A DNA stretch of 63,890 bases, the filler included, from Atractiella rhizophila (taxonomy: Eukaryota): NCBI GenBank assembly GCA_021432655.1. It is 5 parts of 5 records of this genome, joined end to end, with 100 filler letters (N's around TTAATTAATTAA, not from the genome) between each part and the next. Parts side by side here need not be neighbours in the genome. Positions count along the whole stretch, not along the records: positions 1 to 17,263 come from MU271877.1; positions 17,364 to 34,555 come from MU271878.1; 3 more parts are not named here. One strand, written 5' to 3'. Positions 12,521 through 22,476 of the stretch are shown here, one piece after another (within the stretch, counting starts at the first letter, position 1; each line of letters begins with the position of its first letter). The notes below the pieces were generated by a model. That model was not told the origin of the DNA and did no database searches. It saw only the letters and a list, made by a program, of their open reading frames with translations. The position numbers were made by a program, and so were the translations under genes.

Positions 12521-14274
12521 TGTTGGATTAGGCATTATATTTCATGGTCTTGTGTTGTGTGGTCACTCAACTTTGTTGTGTTTGCTCACTTCATAGCTTT
12601 AGCCCCTAGGGGGGCAGTCTAGGCGGTCATCATCTTTGACCACCAATTCCTGTCTGCTAGCTCCATCCAGCATCAGATTCTCTCATGGTAGCGAGAGAGG
12701 TGCTAGGGATTGACAGATCAGTTTTGCCACCCACTTGGTTGAAAATTTTGATCACTCAGCCGTCCGTTGTCCAATAGGTTTGAAACTTTGGGATCATAAA
12801 CGAGACCCCTTACGCCTATGTCTAACCATTTCTACGAAGATCGGACGATCCAAACTCGAATTTTATCACCATGGCCGAAGAAAATAAAGTTTTGATTACC
12901 CCCCTTGGAGAGAAGAACTATGGCACCTGGCGCATTGATATGCAAGCAGAATTGATGAGAAAGGGGTTATGGGAGATAGTCTCTGGAGTGGAGACAAAAC
13001 CAGAAGATTTGAAGGAGCAAAAAACGGTGGCAAAAGGACAGCTCCAAAGCGGCTGGGATCCTGTTCCTTAGCGTGGAAGCGACCCAGAAAGCCCATGTAG
13101 TCCCTGTCCTTCAATATCCAGTCAAGATCTGGTCTACCTTTCAAGACATACACCAACAGGAAGCGCTCCTCAACTCGTTTCACTGCCCTCAACACCCTCC
13201 TTGCCCTCCAGAAGAAGGAAAGTGAATCTCTGATCACCCTGTGTGTCAGAAGCGACCAGCTGCTTCTAGACTTCACCAACACGCTTTCCAAGGACTATTC
13301 CCTTGATGATTTGAAGGAAGATCTCCAATCCTTCGCTCTCATCCGTTCCTTCGGCCCAGAATACGTTAGTTTTGTCCAGAACATCACCCTCATGACCTCC
13401 ACTGACCTGCAATCAATCAAACAAGCGTTCTACTCGATCCAAGCCACCAAGAACTCTGAGGAAGCCATCTCCAACACTCAAATGGCAAATCAGGCATCCA
13501 GCAGCAACAAAGGACGAGGAGTATGGCGTCCCAGAGGTGGTAGGGGTGGAGGAAGAGGTGGAACTCATATTTTTTCGCAACCTGAGTGTAACTACTGCCA
13601 CAGGAAGGGCCACTTCGTCTCCCATTGTCCAGAAACCCCCATTGGACGCAATAGGATCGATCTAGACAAGTACAGGACAAAGTATGGGAAGCTGGAAGAG
13701 GCAAACAAGCTCAAGTGGATGGGGAAGGGCCAGAATTCGCTGGGGAGACCAGCTATGCAGTGGTAGATGATGCCATTAGTCGCCAGAAAGCTGGGACTGA
13801 CTGGCTTATCAATACAGGGGCAACTTCATCAATGACCCTACACCATCAATTCTTCAAATCCTATCAAAAACATGTTGTCCCCATCAGAGTTGCTAATGGA
13901 GAACTGATCTGGTCAACTGGGATTGGAGAGGTGGTAATTGAGGCAAAATTGGAGGATAAAAAGTCGAAGAAGGTCGCCATTCAAGATGTCCTACACATTC
14001 CCAACCTTTGTAGCAATCTCCTATCCGTTTTCAAGCTCACTATATTCAAGAACATGACTGTCACCATCACTGGGAACAAAGTACGCTTCCTCAAGGACAG
14101 AAATCTCTGCTTTACAGCGACATTTGATCACAGGAGAGTATCATCATCGATGGAAGAACACGCATAGCCTCAGAAACTGTTGCACATGCCTCCACTACCC
14201 TCTCAACACTTTCCTATGGCACAGGAGACTTGCCTACTTGAATCATGACGATGTAAAGCGAATGCTGAAGAAAG
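12521..14274 (+). mobile_element. Ty1/copia element (family B): 5' LTR 12521-12685, PBS at 12686, disrupted gag-protease-pre-integrase from 12871
   Basis: PBS TGGTAGCGAGAG; gag NYGTWRIDMQAELMRKGLWEIV; zinc knuckle CNYCHRKGHFVSHC; protease WLINTGATSSMT; LWHRRLAYLN; frameshifts. Confidence 0.92.
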
Positions 14275-15389
14275 CGTTAGTTGTAGTGTGTGATTTAGTC
14301 ATCTGCCTCTTATGACTCACCAACTACTCCTAGGTTTGTCTCTATACTTTTCTAATGTCTCATTATTGACCACCAACTACTCCTAGCCTTAGATCCTTAC
14401 ATAGTAGCGAGAGCTGGTGTCTGGGATTACACTTTGCCACACCCATCACCTTCCTCCTCCTCCAGACCACATTTTCTGTTGAACCTTGGGTATAAAGGGT
14501 TAATCTGTACTGTTGGGAATGATTGGTCATTTTAGTGCAATTGGCTAAATCCAGCATGGTAGCGAGAGCTGACCCTGCATACCCGGGTTCGAACCCCTGT
14601 CTGAGCACTTTAGCCATATTGTGAGAGTGGGGAAAACCACTATAAAAACTGTTGAGTGGGTGCTCTTCCCCACTATAAATGATGGAAGGAAATGGTTGTG
14701 GCAGAGAAAGTGGTTGCAGACAGTACAGATCAGGGAAGGGTGTTGAACCTTGGGTATAAAGGGTTAATCTGCACTGTTGGGAATGACTGGTCATTTTAGT
14801 GCCATTGGCTAAATCCAGCATTTTCACCCTCCCATGTTCAAATTTTGCTCAATTTCAATCGGAACAGATTTGTGATCCTCAAACATTCCTTTACCGCCTT
14901 AGAAGGTTTCTGCCTACTCAGGAATCAAGAAAAATCGAAATCTATCACCTTACCACCCATCTCCCGCCTCAAAATGCACTTTGCCACCCTGGACTCAAAG
15001 TTTGACATATTTGGACGTTATAGGGCTTATTTGGATCATGAAACACTGCGCTACAACTTTACTAAGAACCATCTTGGTCACAATAAGCGAAAATTTCGAC
15101 ATAGACACTCCATCACCTCCTTCATACCCCCAAAAACGCATTTGTCGACTTTTTGAAGTCAAATCTGGTCTGATCTGAACGATTTTATCACCATTGGATT
15201 CACAATAGGCTATTCTACTATCCTACAACAGATCACCTTGATCAGAAGAGTCGAAATTTGCCACCATCACATCATCATCACATCAGCCAGTATCACCCTT
15301 TCTGCATCACATCAGGGGATCTTAGGACTCAACCACAGGGTTTAGGAGGATGTTTGGGATGGAAATGGCTCTTAATGGGTTGGAATTTG
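14275..15389 (+). mobile_element. Family-A 5' LTR (14275-14401), PBS TAGTAGCGAGAGC and leader, inserted in the copia pre-integrase region; hosts TRIM copy 2
   Basis: Homologous to 11714-12480. Confidence 0.8.
14477..14820 (+). mobile_element. TRIM copy 2: 344 bp, LTRs 14477-14556 and 14741-14820, TSD TTTTC
   Basis: PBS TGGTAGCGAGAGC at 14557; PPT AGGGAAGGG at 14732-14740; TTTTC at 14472-14476 and 14821-14825; empty paralogous site near 11938-11958. Confidence 0.95.
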
Positions 15390-16593
15390 TGTAAGGATCT
15401 AAGGCTAGGAGTAGTTGGTGGTCAATAATGAGACATTAGAAAACTATAGAGAGACATACCTAGGAGTAGTTGGTGGTCAATAATGAGCACCAACACTCCT
15501 AGGCAAAACTAAACTACATAGTGATGACTCATAAGAGTCATAAGCGTCATAAGAGGCAGATGACCAAGACAACACACTACAACTAACACTCCCACCTGGG
15601 CAGCTGTCTCTTGATGCTCCCACCAAATCCAGAGAATCTCCCACCAAATTCATACAATGTATACTCGATATAAAGCAGACAGCATATTAGTTTTGCAATG
15701 AAAAGAAGAGGAAAAGTCCTCGTACCGCTTAAAGCGGCGTCTTATAACCCCACAGAGGAGGAAAGGAATTTTATTGCGCCCCATAACTGCCTCAGACACT
15801 TGGGTAGGGGCGCAAACCCATCATAACTCGAAACTTGTCCACGCTGGCGACTGGAAGTGCCTTGGTGAGGAGGTCCGCTGGCATATTGGCACCCGGACAG
15901 AAGACTGGACTGATCTTGCCCATCTCAACAACATCCCTGAGCCAATAAAAACGAAGGTCCAGGTGTTTCATTCGACCATGGTGTTCAGGGTTCTTGGATA
16001 CCTGGAGAGCGCTGCTGCTGTCTGTGAAGAGGGGAGTAGGACCTTGAGGAGTGAAGCCAATCTCTTCTAAAAGATTCCTTAGCCAGACGACTTCTTGACC
16101 TGCTGAGACTCCTGAGACATATTCTGCTTCGGTTGTGGAAAGGGCAACGAGGGATTGCAGTTTGCTGCTCCAACTGACCGCTCCATTGCCTATCTTGAGA
16201 AGATAGCCTCCCGTAGAACGTCCAGTATCCTTGCACCCAGCAAAATCTGCATCGCAGAAGGCGTGAAAAGGTTGCTTGAGGTCGAAACCAGCTGCAGAAT
16301 ACTCGATTCCTAAGTTCTGAGTTCCTTTGAGGTATCGTAGAAGATGCTTGGCCGCTTCCCAGTGCTTCTTTCCTGGGTTAGAGAGGTACTTTCCAAGGAC
16401 AGAGACTGCATGAGCGATATCTGGACGAGTGGATATGGCTAAGTACATCATGGAGCCAACAACGTTGCTGTAAGGGATTGTGCACATTTCTTCTTGTTCT
16501 TCCTTTGTCTGAGGGCAGTCCTGCTTGCTGAGACCGTGTCCAACGTTGAGAGGAGTGAGGACAGGGTTGCAATCGTCCATCTGTTGGCGTTCT
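15390..16593 (-). mobile_element. Ty1/copia 3' part (family A): end of RT plus RNase H (ORF 15792-16580), PPT and 3' LTR (15390-15588)
   Basis: PYSNVVGSMMYLAISTRPDIA, FCDADFAG, ALSTTEAEY, KHLDLRFY, ADLLTKAL; purine-rich GGTGGGAG precedes the LTR. Confidence 0.95.
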
Positions 16594-17263
16594 TGTTGGA
16601 TTAGCTGTTAAATTTCATGGTGTTGTCTTAGTGTGGTCAGCCACCTTTGCTGTGTTTACTCACTTCGTAGTTTTTCTCCCTAGGGGGAAGTCTTGGTGGT
16701 CATCATCTTTGACCACCAACTCCTGTCCCCTAGGTATGTGTTTCCTCATCAATCCTATCATCTTTGACCACCAACTCCTGTCCCCTAGCTCCATCCAGCG
16801 TCTATATCTCTCATGGTAGCGAGAGCAGTGGCTAGGGATTGACAGATCAGTTGGAATTGCAATTTTCAATTTTGCCACCCACTTGGTTGAAAATTTTGAC
16901 CACTCAGCCATCCTTTGTCCAATCGATTCAAGACTTTGGGATCATAATCGAGACCTTCCTAAGGCCCTATCCCCCCATTTCGACGAAGATCAGACGATCC
17001 AAACTCGAATTTTATCGCCATGTCTGAAGAAAATAAAATTTTGATCACCCCCCTTGGAGAGAAGAACTATGGCACCTGGTGCATCGATATGCAAGCTGAA
17101 TTAATGCGAAAGGGGCTATGGGAGATTGTGTGTGGAGAGGAGAAGAAGCCTGTTGATTTGAAGGAGGGAAAGCAATGGGAAAAGGAACGCTCTAAAGCGG
17201 CAGGAATGCTGTTCCTCAGCCTGGAATCCACCCAGAAGGCTCATGTGGTGTCTGTCATTCAAG
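16594..17263 (+). mobile_element. Ty1/copia element (family B): 5' LTR 16594-16813, PBS at 16814, gag from 17020; cut off by the contig end
   Basis: TG...CA LTR, TGGTAGCGAGAGC, gag paralogous to the one at 12871. Confidence 0.92.
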
Positions 17264-17363
17264 NNNNNNNNNNNNNNNNNNNNNNNNNNNNNNNNNNNNN
17301 NNNNNNNTTAATTAATTAANNNNNNNNNNNNNNNNNNNNNNNNNNNNNNNNNNNNNNNNNNNN
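17264..17363. other. Artificial contig linker N44-TTAATTAATTAA-N44
   Basis: Identical 100-bp structure occurs four times; core has stop codons in all six frames. Confidence 0.97.
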
Positions 17364-18980
17364 AGTTTCATGCCAGAATCCGGGGAAAGTGTGAAATTCG
17401 ACATCGACGGCTTTGACGTCGTTTTTGAGCTTCTCCGCAAGCTCTTCGGTCGCCTTGTGCCAGGTGACTTTGTCGGCGTCCCCATGGAAGAGATAGATGG
17501 GGAGTTTAGGTGGGAACTTCTTATAATCTGAGTTATAGATCCCGATACCGCCGAGGAGCATATCTGCGTTACGTTCAGTCAGAGTGACGGCGTAAAGAGG
17601 AAGAGGTGCTGACCTGCAACTCTATAATTGGGATACTAGTGTTAGGAACAACAGCAGAGCGCAAGTAGAAGAGCCTACCCTTTGTACTAAGGACGTCCAA
17701 ACCCTCAGTTTCAGTGGTCTTTAAGCAGGGAGAAATGCGTACAGATCCAATAGCAGCAGTATAAGGGTCTGTCTCATACTCCTTGACGACAGTCTTATCT
17801 CTGCAAATATCCTATCACCACCATCAAATCGAATGAATTAACATCACCAAAAACAGGGTTCAGAAAGGGAAGACGCACACCGCGCCAGCTTTGCTCCTCC
17901 TCTCCTTCCTTCACCTGCTTCGGTTCCTTTCCCACCTTCACCTGCATACCAGGAGCGAGGCTCCCAATAACCGAACCGACACGCAACACGATGGGGCTCG
18001 TCGCCACCGCCGGAGTCTGCTTGATGAGAGGGGATGAGCAGATGACGCCACTGAGGCTCTTGAGGCCTGCAGGCTGAGGATGACGTGTCGCATAGGCTGC
18101 TACGAGACCGCCGCCCTTTATTCGCATGGACCATGAGCTCATATGAGGCGAGGAAGGGATTAGTAGGAGGAGGGACGAACCATGCTATGACCCATGAGGA
18201 ACAGTTTCTTGTCGACTCCCTTCTCCTTCGAAAGCTTTAGTTCGCGGTCGATGAAGAATTGGATGTCGTTCAGTTGTTGTGCCCAGGATGTGATGCCGAT
18301 AGAAGGAGGCTTGGTGTTCGCTGCCGTTTGACCCGAACCTGCGTTCACGTCGTCAGTCAGTTTTGTTTGTAGGAGTGGAGAGTGCAGGAGACTCACCGCG
18401 CTGGTCGAAGGCAAAGACTTCGATCCCTTTTTGTGCGTAGATCGGGAAGACGTGGTCGTAGCGTTCGATGTGCTCCACAAACCTGATTCATGAAGCAAGT
18501 CAGCGTCTGAGCGTTGAAATGCTGCAGCCTTGTACACAGTTAAACAGAATGCAACGCTTGCTTCTGCCACTTTGTTGCGAAGACAATTCATGAGCCCGAC
18601 TGTTCCAACAAGAGAGCAAACGTCACAACAGAGCAAAGCTACATCCTGCTCCTCGACATAGTATTTCGCTAAATCATGTTTTAACGGTGCACAAGAACTC
18701 TCTTCATCCTTCCAACCTTCCCCACCGACAGCCTGCAAGAAAGAGCAACAGAGCTTGTGACGACTCACCCATGCACGAAGACCAATCCCACCTTCCCTTC
18801 ACCCTCACCCGTGCCCTCCGGAAGCCACCTCTTGGTGAAGAACTTCATATCTTTCTTGTCATTCTCGATCCACTCCGTCTTCGAAGTCGTGTTCGTCTCC
18901 GGGACTGGAATGGCGCGCGGTGGCCGCTCCACTGGCGCTGGCTCGACTGGGGTCTTCTTCAGGAAGCTAGACAGAGGCAT
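17364..18980 (-). CDS. Alpha/beta-hydrolase, acylglycerol lipase/lysophospholipase (Yju3-like), 3'-partial, multi-exon
   Basis: LVFVHG, FDQRG, LFLMGHSM-GGGLV nucleophile elbow, LFHGDAD, FPGFWHE. Confidence 0.85.
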
Positions 18981-19128
18981 TGTCGTTGTCTGTTGCTCTC
19001 TGAAGAGTTCTGTGGGACCAAAGTTGGCTGGTCGGGTTGGGGAAGTGGGTGCCAAAGACTCAGAAAGACTGAATAATGCAGAATTCACGGGATCGGATAC
19101 AAACTTACGCGACGACCAACAACACTCG

Positions 19129-19746
19129 ATGGCTCGTTGCGTGGTCACAGTGGGCACGACTGCTTTCACGCCCCTAATAAACGCAGCTTTATCCTCTGCG
19201 GTTCTGTCTCAACTTCTGCGGCTGGGAATTAGCGAACTTTTCGTGCAACACGGGCAGTCACCCCTTCCCGCTCTTTCACCACCGTCTGGTTTGCGTATCC
19301 AGACAGCGAACTTCACAAATGACATCGAAGCCATTGTGGCAGAGTCCACCTTAGTGATATCCCACGCTGGTGCGCTCTCACTTCATCCCAAACCGGGTTG
19401 CGGATGAAAATTGGTGGTTTGTGATGTGAAGGAGCTGGAACCATCATTTCCGCTCTCCGCTCCCCCAGACCTCCGACTCTCGTTCTCGTCCCGAACCCAG
19501 CTCTTATGGATGCACATCAATCTGAACTTGCTGGAGCACTCTCTGACAGAGGATGGGCGTTCACATGCTCCTGCGAGTGCGTCCTTGTTCATGTCCTCGC
19601 GGAATAGCTGCCGACTGAAGGTTAGCGAGCTCGAGAGCACCTTGGCCGGACTGCAGAGCCTGCAGAGGGATAGTAACAATGTTCCTGCGTACGACCCAGA
19701 AAAGATCAAAACGATTGTCGGTCGTGCTGCCGGTTTGCATCCATGA
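19129..19746 (+). CDS. ALG13: UDP-GlcNAc transferase catalytic subunit Alg13 (GT28 C-terminal domain)
   Basis: VVTVGTTAF, VQHG, LVISHAG-AGT, VPNPALMDAHQSELA. Confidence 0.88.
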
Positions 19747-19902
19747 CATTAAAGCATTACTGTTCGGTGACATACGATGTCCGCGAAAATCTTTCGGAAA
19801 ACTATGTAAACCTGCGAGCACTCTATATACAGTACAAGGAGCTGCTCTTCACACAATTTCCGTCATCCGAAGAAGGTGGCGAACGCGAGTGCCAGAAGAA
19901 TT

Positions 19903-22315
19903 ATGAAGTTTATTTGTAAACGTTGCAAAGAGCGACGTCTTCCATGTATTCAACAGAAGCTAGTCATTGGATGCATAAACTGTTTGGAGACTAAGGAACA
20001 GTGAGCGTTCAGGACCACGAGTTGGCGAATCTAGATTGAACGTTGATTCTCTCATAGATGCGAGTTTTCTTATCGTCCCATCCTGCGTAGACATGAGCAA
20101 GGGTACGTGCTCGCCAATCTAGATCTGAACATGTTGAGCATTCGATAATTCATTCCTGATCATATCCTCAGTGTGCGGACCAATAAACTCAAATCGAGCT
20201 ACATGAACTCTTCGGATCTCGCAAAAGACATCAAACTGCAACTATCAGGTAAACCTCGTAAACGTCAAAAGAGAAATCTCCCGAAAAAACAGCCCTCAGT
20301 TGCATCACGAGGAGAGAACCTGGACCAAATCTACGTGGGGGCGCTCAAGCTTGGCACATCGACCGCAAACGGCCGATTAGAGGTCAAAGAACGAAAGCGA
20401 TCGCTCAGCAGCCATCTGTTCAATCTATCTCAACTGGACAGCGTAACGAAGGTGTTTTTATTCGACCCCTTGCTCGGGATATCCTCAAAGGCTTTCGCTT
20501 CCTGTGATGATTTCCAGAGGAATCCCAGCACTTTGGGCGGTTACGCGACTATCCTTCTTTCATGGTGTTTCGCATTGGCTGCTCGAACTTCTTCTCATCC
20601 CGACATTTTGGGCGGATCCTATCCCGCGTCGATATCGATCCCTGAGGCAACCGAAGGTTCTTCTGACGACTACAGATCTTTTTCTCGCCTCAGGCAGAAC
20701 GCCCTCCTGGCTTTAATAACCCATGCAGTTGATACAGCTTTGGAATATGGTTCTCCTTTGTATCGTCCATCGGAAAAAAGCGTTTTGGTTCTCTTGAACA
20801 TTGCCCTGGCTTTTACTTCAGATGTGAGGAACTCTAAGCTTCGGACCAACCTTGGTGACGTCCTACGGCTCTCCCTGCATCACTTCAATGTCCTTTGGGA
20901 GGTTGCACCTTCAACGTCAGAACGACAACGCTTAACCGATCGCTACCTTGAATACATTATCATGGCGAGTCTCTCCTTGACGATCACCGTCTTTCCGTCC
21001 TAACTTTACGACTGCTTCAGGTCGACAATAACTGGCAGCTTTATGGTGGTAGCGGCCCCATGCTGTTCGTTACATTCCCCTTGCAACACAGACCTGATCG
21101 TATTTGTTAGGAACTTGAGTCATTACATGAAATATCATCCGAATTCAGAATGGAAACTTTTCGTGTCTCCTGCCGCGTTTAGAATTGCGAACGTCCCCAT
21201 GGACGGCTCGATGAAGAGTGTGGACTTGTCCTGGCGTTGTCTGGAAGCTATATTTCGGAACCTTGGACTCGTGGGTATATAGTTCCCTGCGATGATCCAG
21301 CCCAATACTAAGACAGTGGCTCAGGAAAAGCGATTGAAGATGGCAACGAACGGCAACTTGAGACACTGCTTCTGGAGGTGGAAGAGGCACTCTGCTACTT
21401 CGCTTCGTGGCGCAAGAACGCCGTCAAAGCTGAATTCAACTTTACATCACCAAAGGAACACTCCATATACACCTACCGCTCCACTGGAAAAGCAGAGGGT
21501 ATCGTTTCTAGTCGAGTGATCACCAACAGTTATTTTAAATGCGCCCTTTGCTTGTTAACGAGGTTGTCAGGTGCCAAGCAGCGTTTTCCAGATAACATGA
21601 TAGTGGCCCAGATGCAGTCTAGAGCGATGACTTCTCGTGGGAAACTCCTAGACGATTTGCTGCGTTACACCGCTGCAAACATTGCAATTAAACGGTTGTC
21701 TCATGAAGTCACGTACTATTCGCAGAGTTATGAACTAGCAGCATTCAACCATGTCAGCTTTTTGTTTCCTCGTTCTCGATATTCCTGACAAGTTCTTAGT
21801 TGTTTCGCTGGCCAGAGGGGATAAAAGCCCTCGTCTCGCATGCTACAAAGAACATTCGAATTCAAGGTCATGTTGCGTTGTATGCATATCCTGTTCTTCC
21901 TAGTTCACAATGATTGAGCTAATGCGAGGCTATCAGAATCGTCAAACAGATGAAGTTCCTTAGCTGGAAGTCTTCTCATATCTCTCAGGCTCTTGATGAT
22001 TTGGATGACGAGTTGATGCGAGCCGCCTCTGATAATGTTGCAATGGTAAGCTTTCCGCCAGGATGAATGCAAATGCTAATAACGAGTACAATACCGTAGA
22101 CGAAAGATTGCTATGAGGAGGGTCCGATTTGCATAGACGTCCCTGCAAAACCGCCTTCTGCTTCACCACGGCTGGACGACTTCAGAAAAACGCTGCAGAT
22201 TCTAACTTTGGGCGGGGCTGATCGAAACGGTTCACCAGCGCCAACGCTGGACAAATTTAAAAACACACTGCAATCACTTGTTTCTAGCGGGATCGAGGAC
22301 TATGCTTTCCCTTGA
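19903..22315 (+). CDS. Zn(II)2Cys6 cluster protein (putative transcription factor), paralogue 1, multi-exon
   Basis: CKRCKERRLPCIQQKLVIGCINCLETKEQ|C gives C-x2-C-x6-C-x8-C-x2-C-x6-C after splicing intron 20001-20058; 3' end approximate. Confidence 0.75.
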
Positions 22316-22476
22316 ACAAGTACGATGAAACAATAGGCACGTTCTTCCGTTGTCAGTTGCTCGTGTGAGCCGTAGACGAGTGGACAAAGATTTGGAAGAG
22401 GGAAGAGAGTTTCCCAGTTACAATCTACATAAATACTGCCCAAATACACCTTGTAAGATGCTTGGAGTCCACAGGG

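Noticed and set aside
14557..14610. Bona fide tRNA gene
   Set aside because: A B-box and a CCA-complementary PBS are present, but I could not fold a cloverleaf and the sequence lies inside an LTR element.
17264..17363. TTAATTAATTAA palindrome as a biological site (also at 34556, 51832, 60853)
   Set aside because: Always centred in 44+44 Ns; a six-frame-stop contig linker. Adjacency across it carries no meaning.
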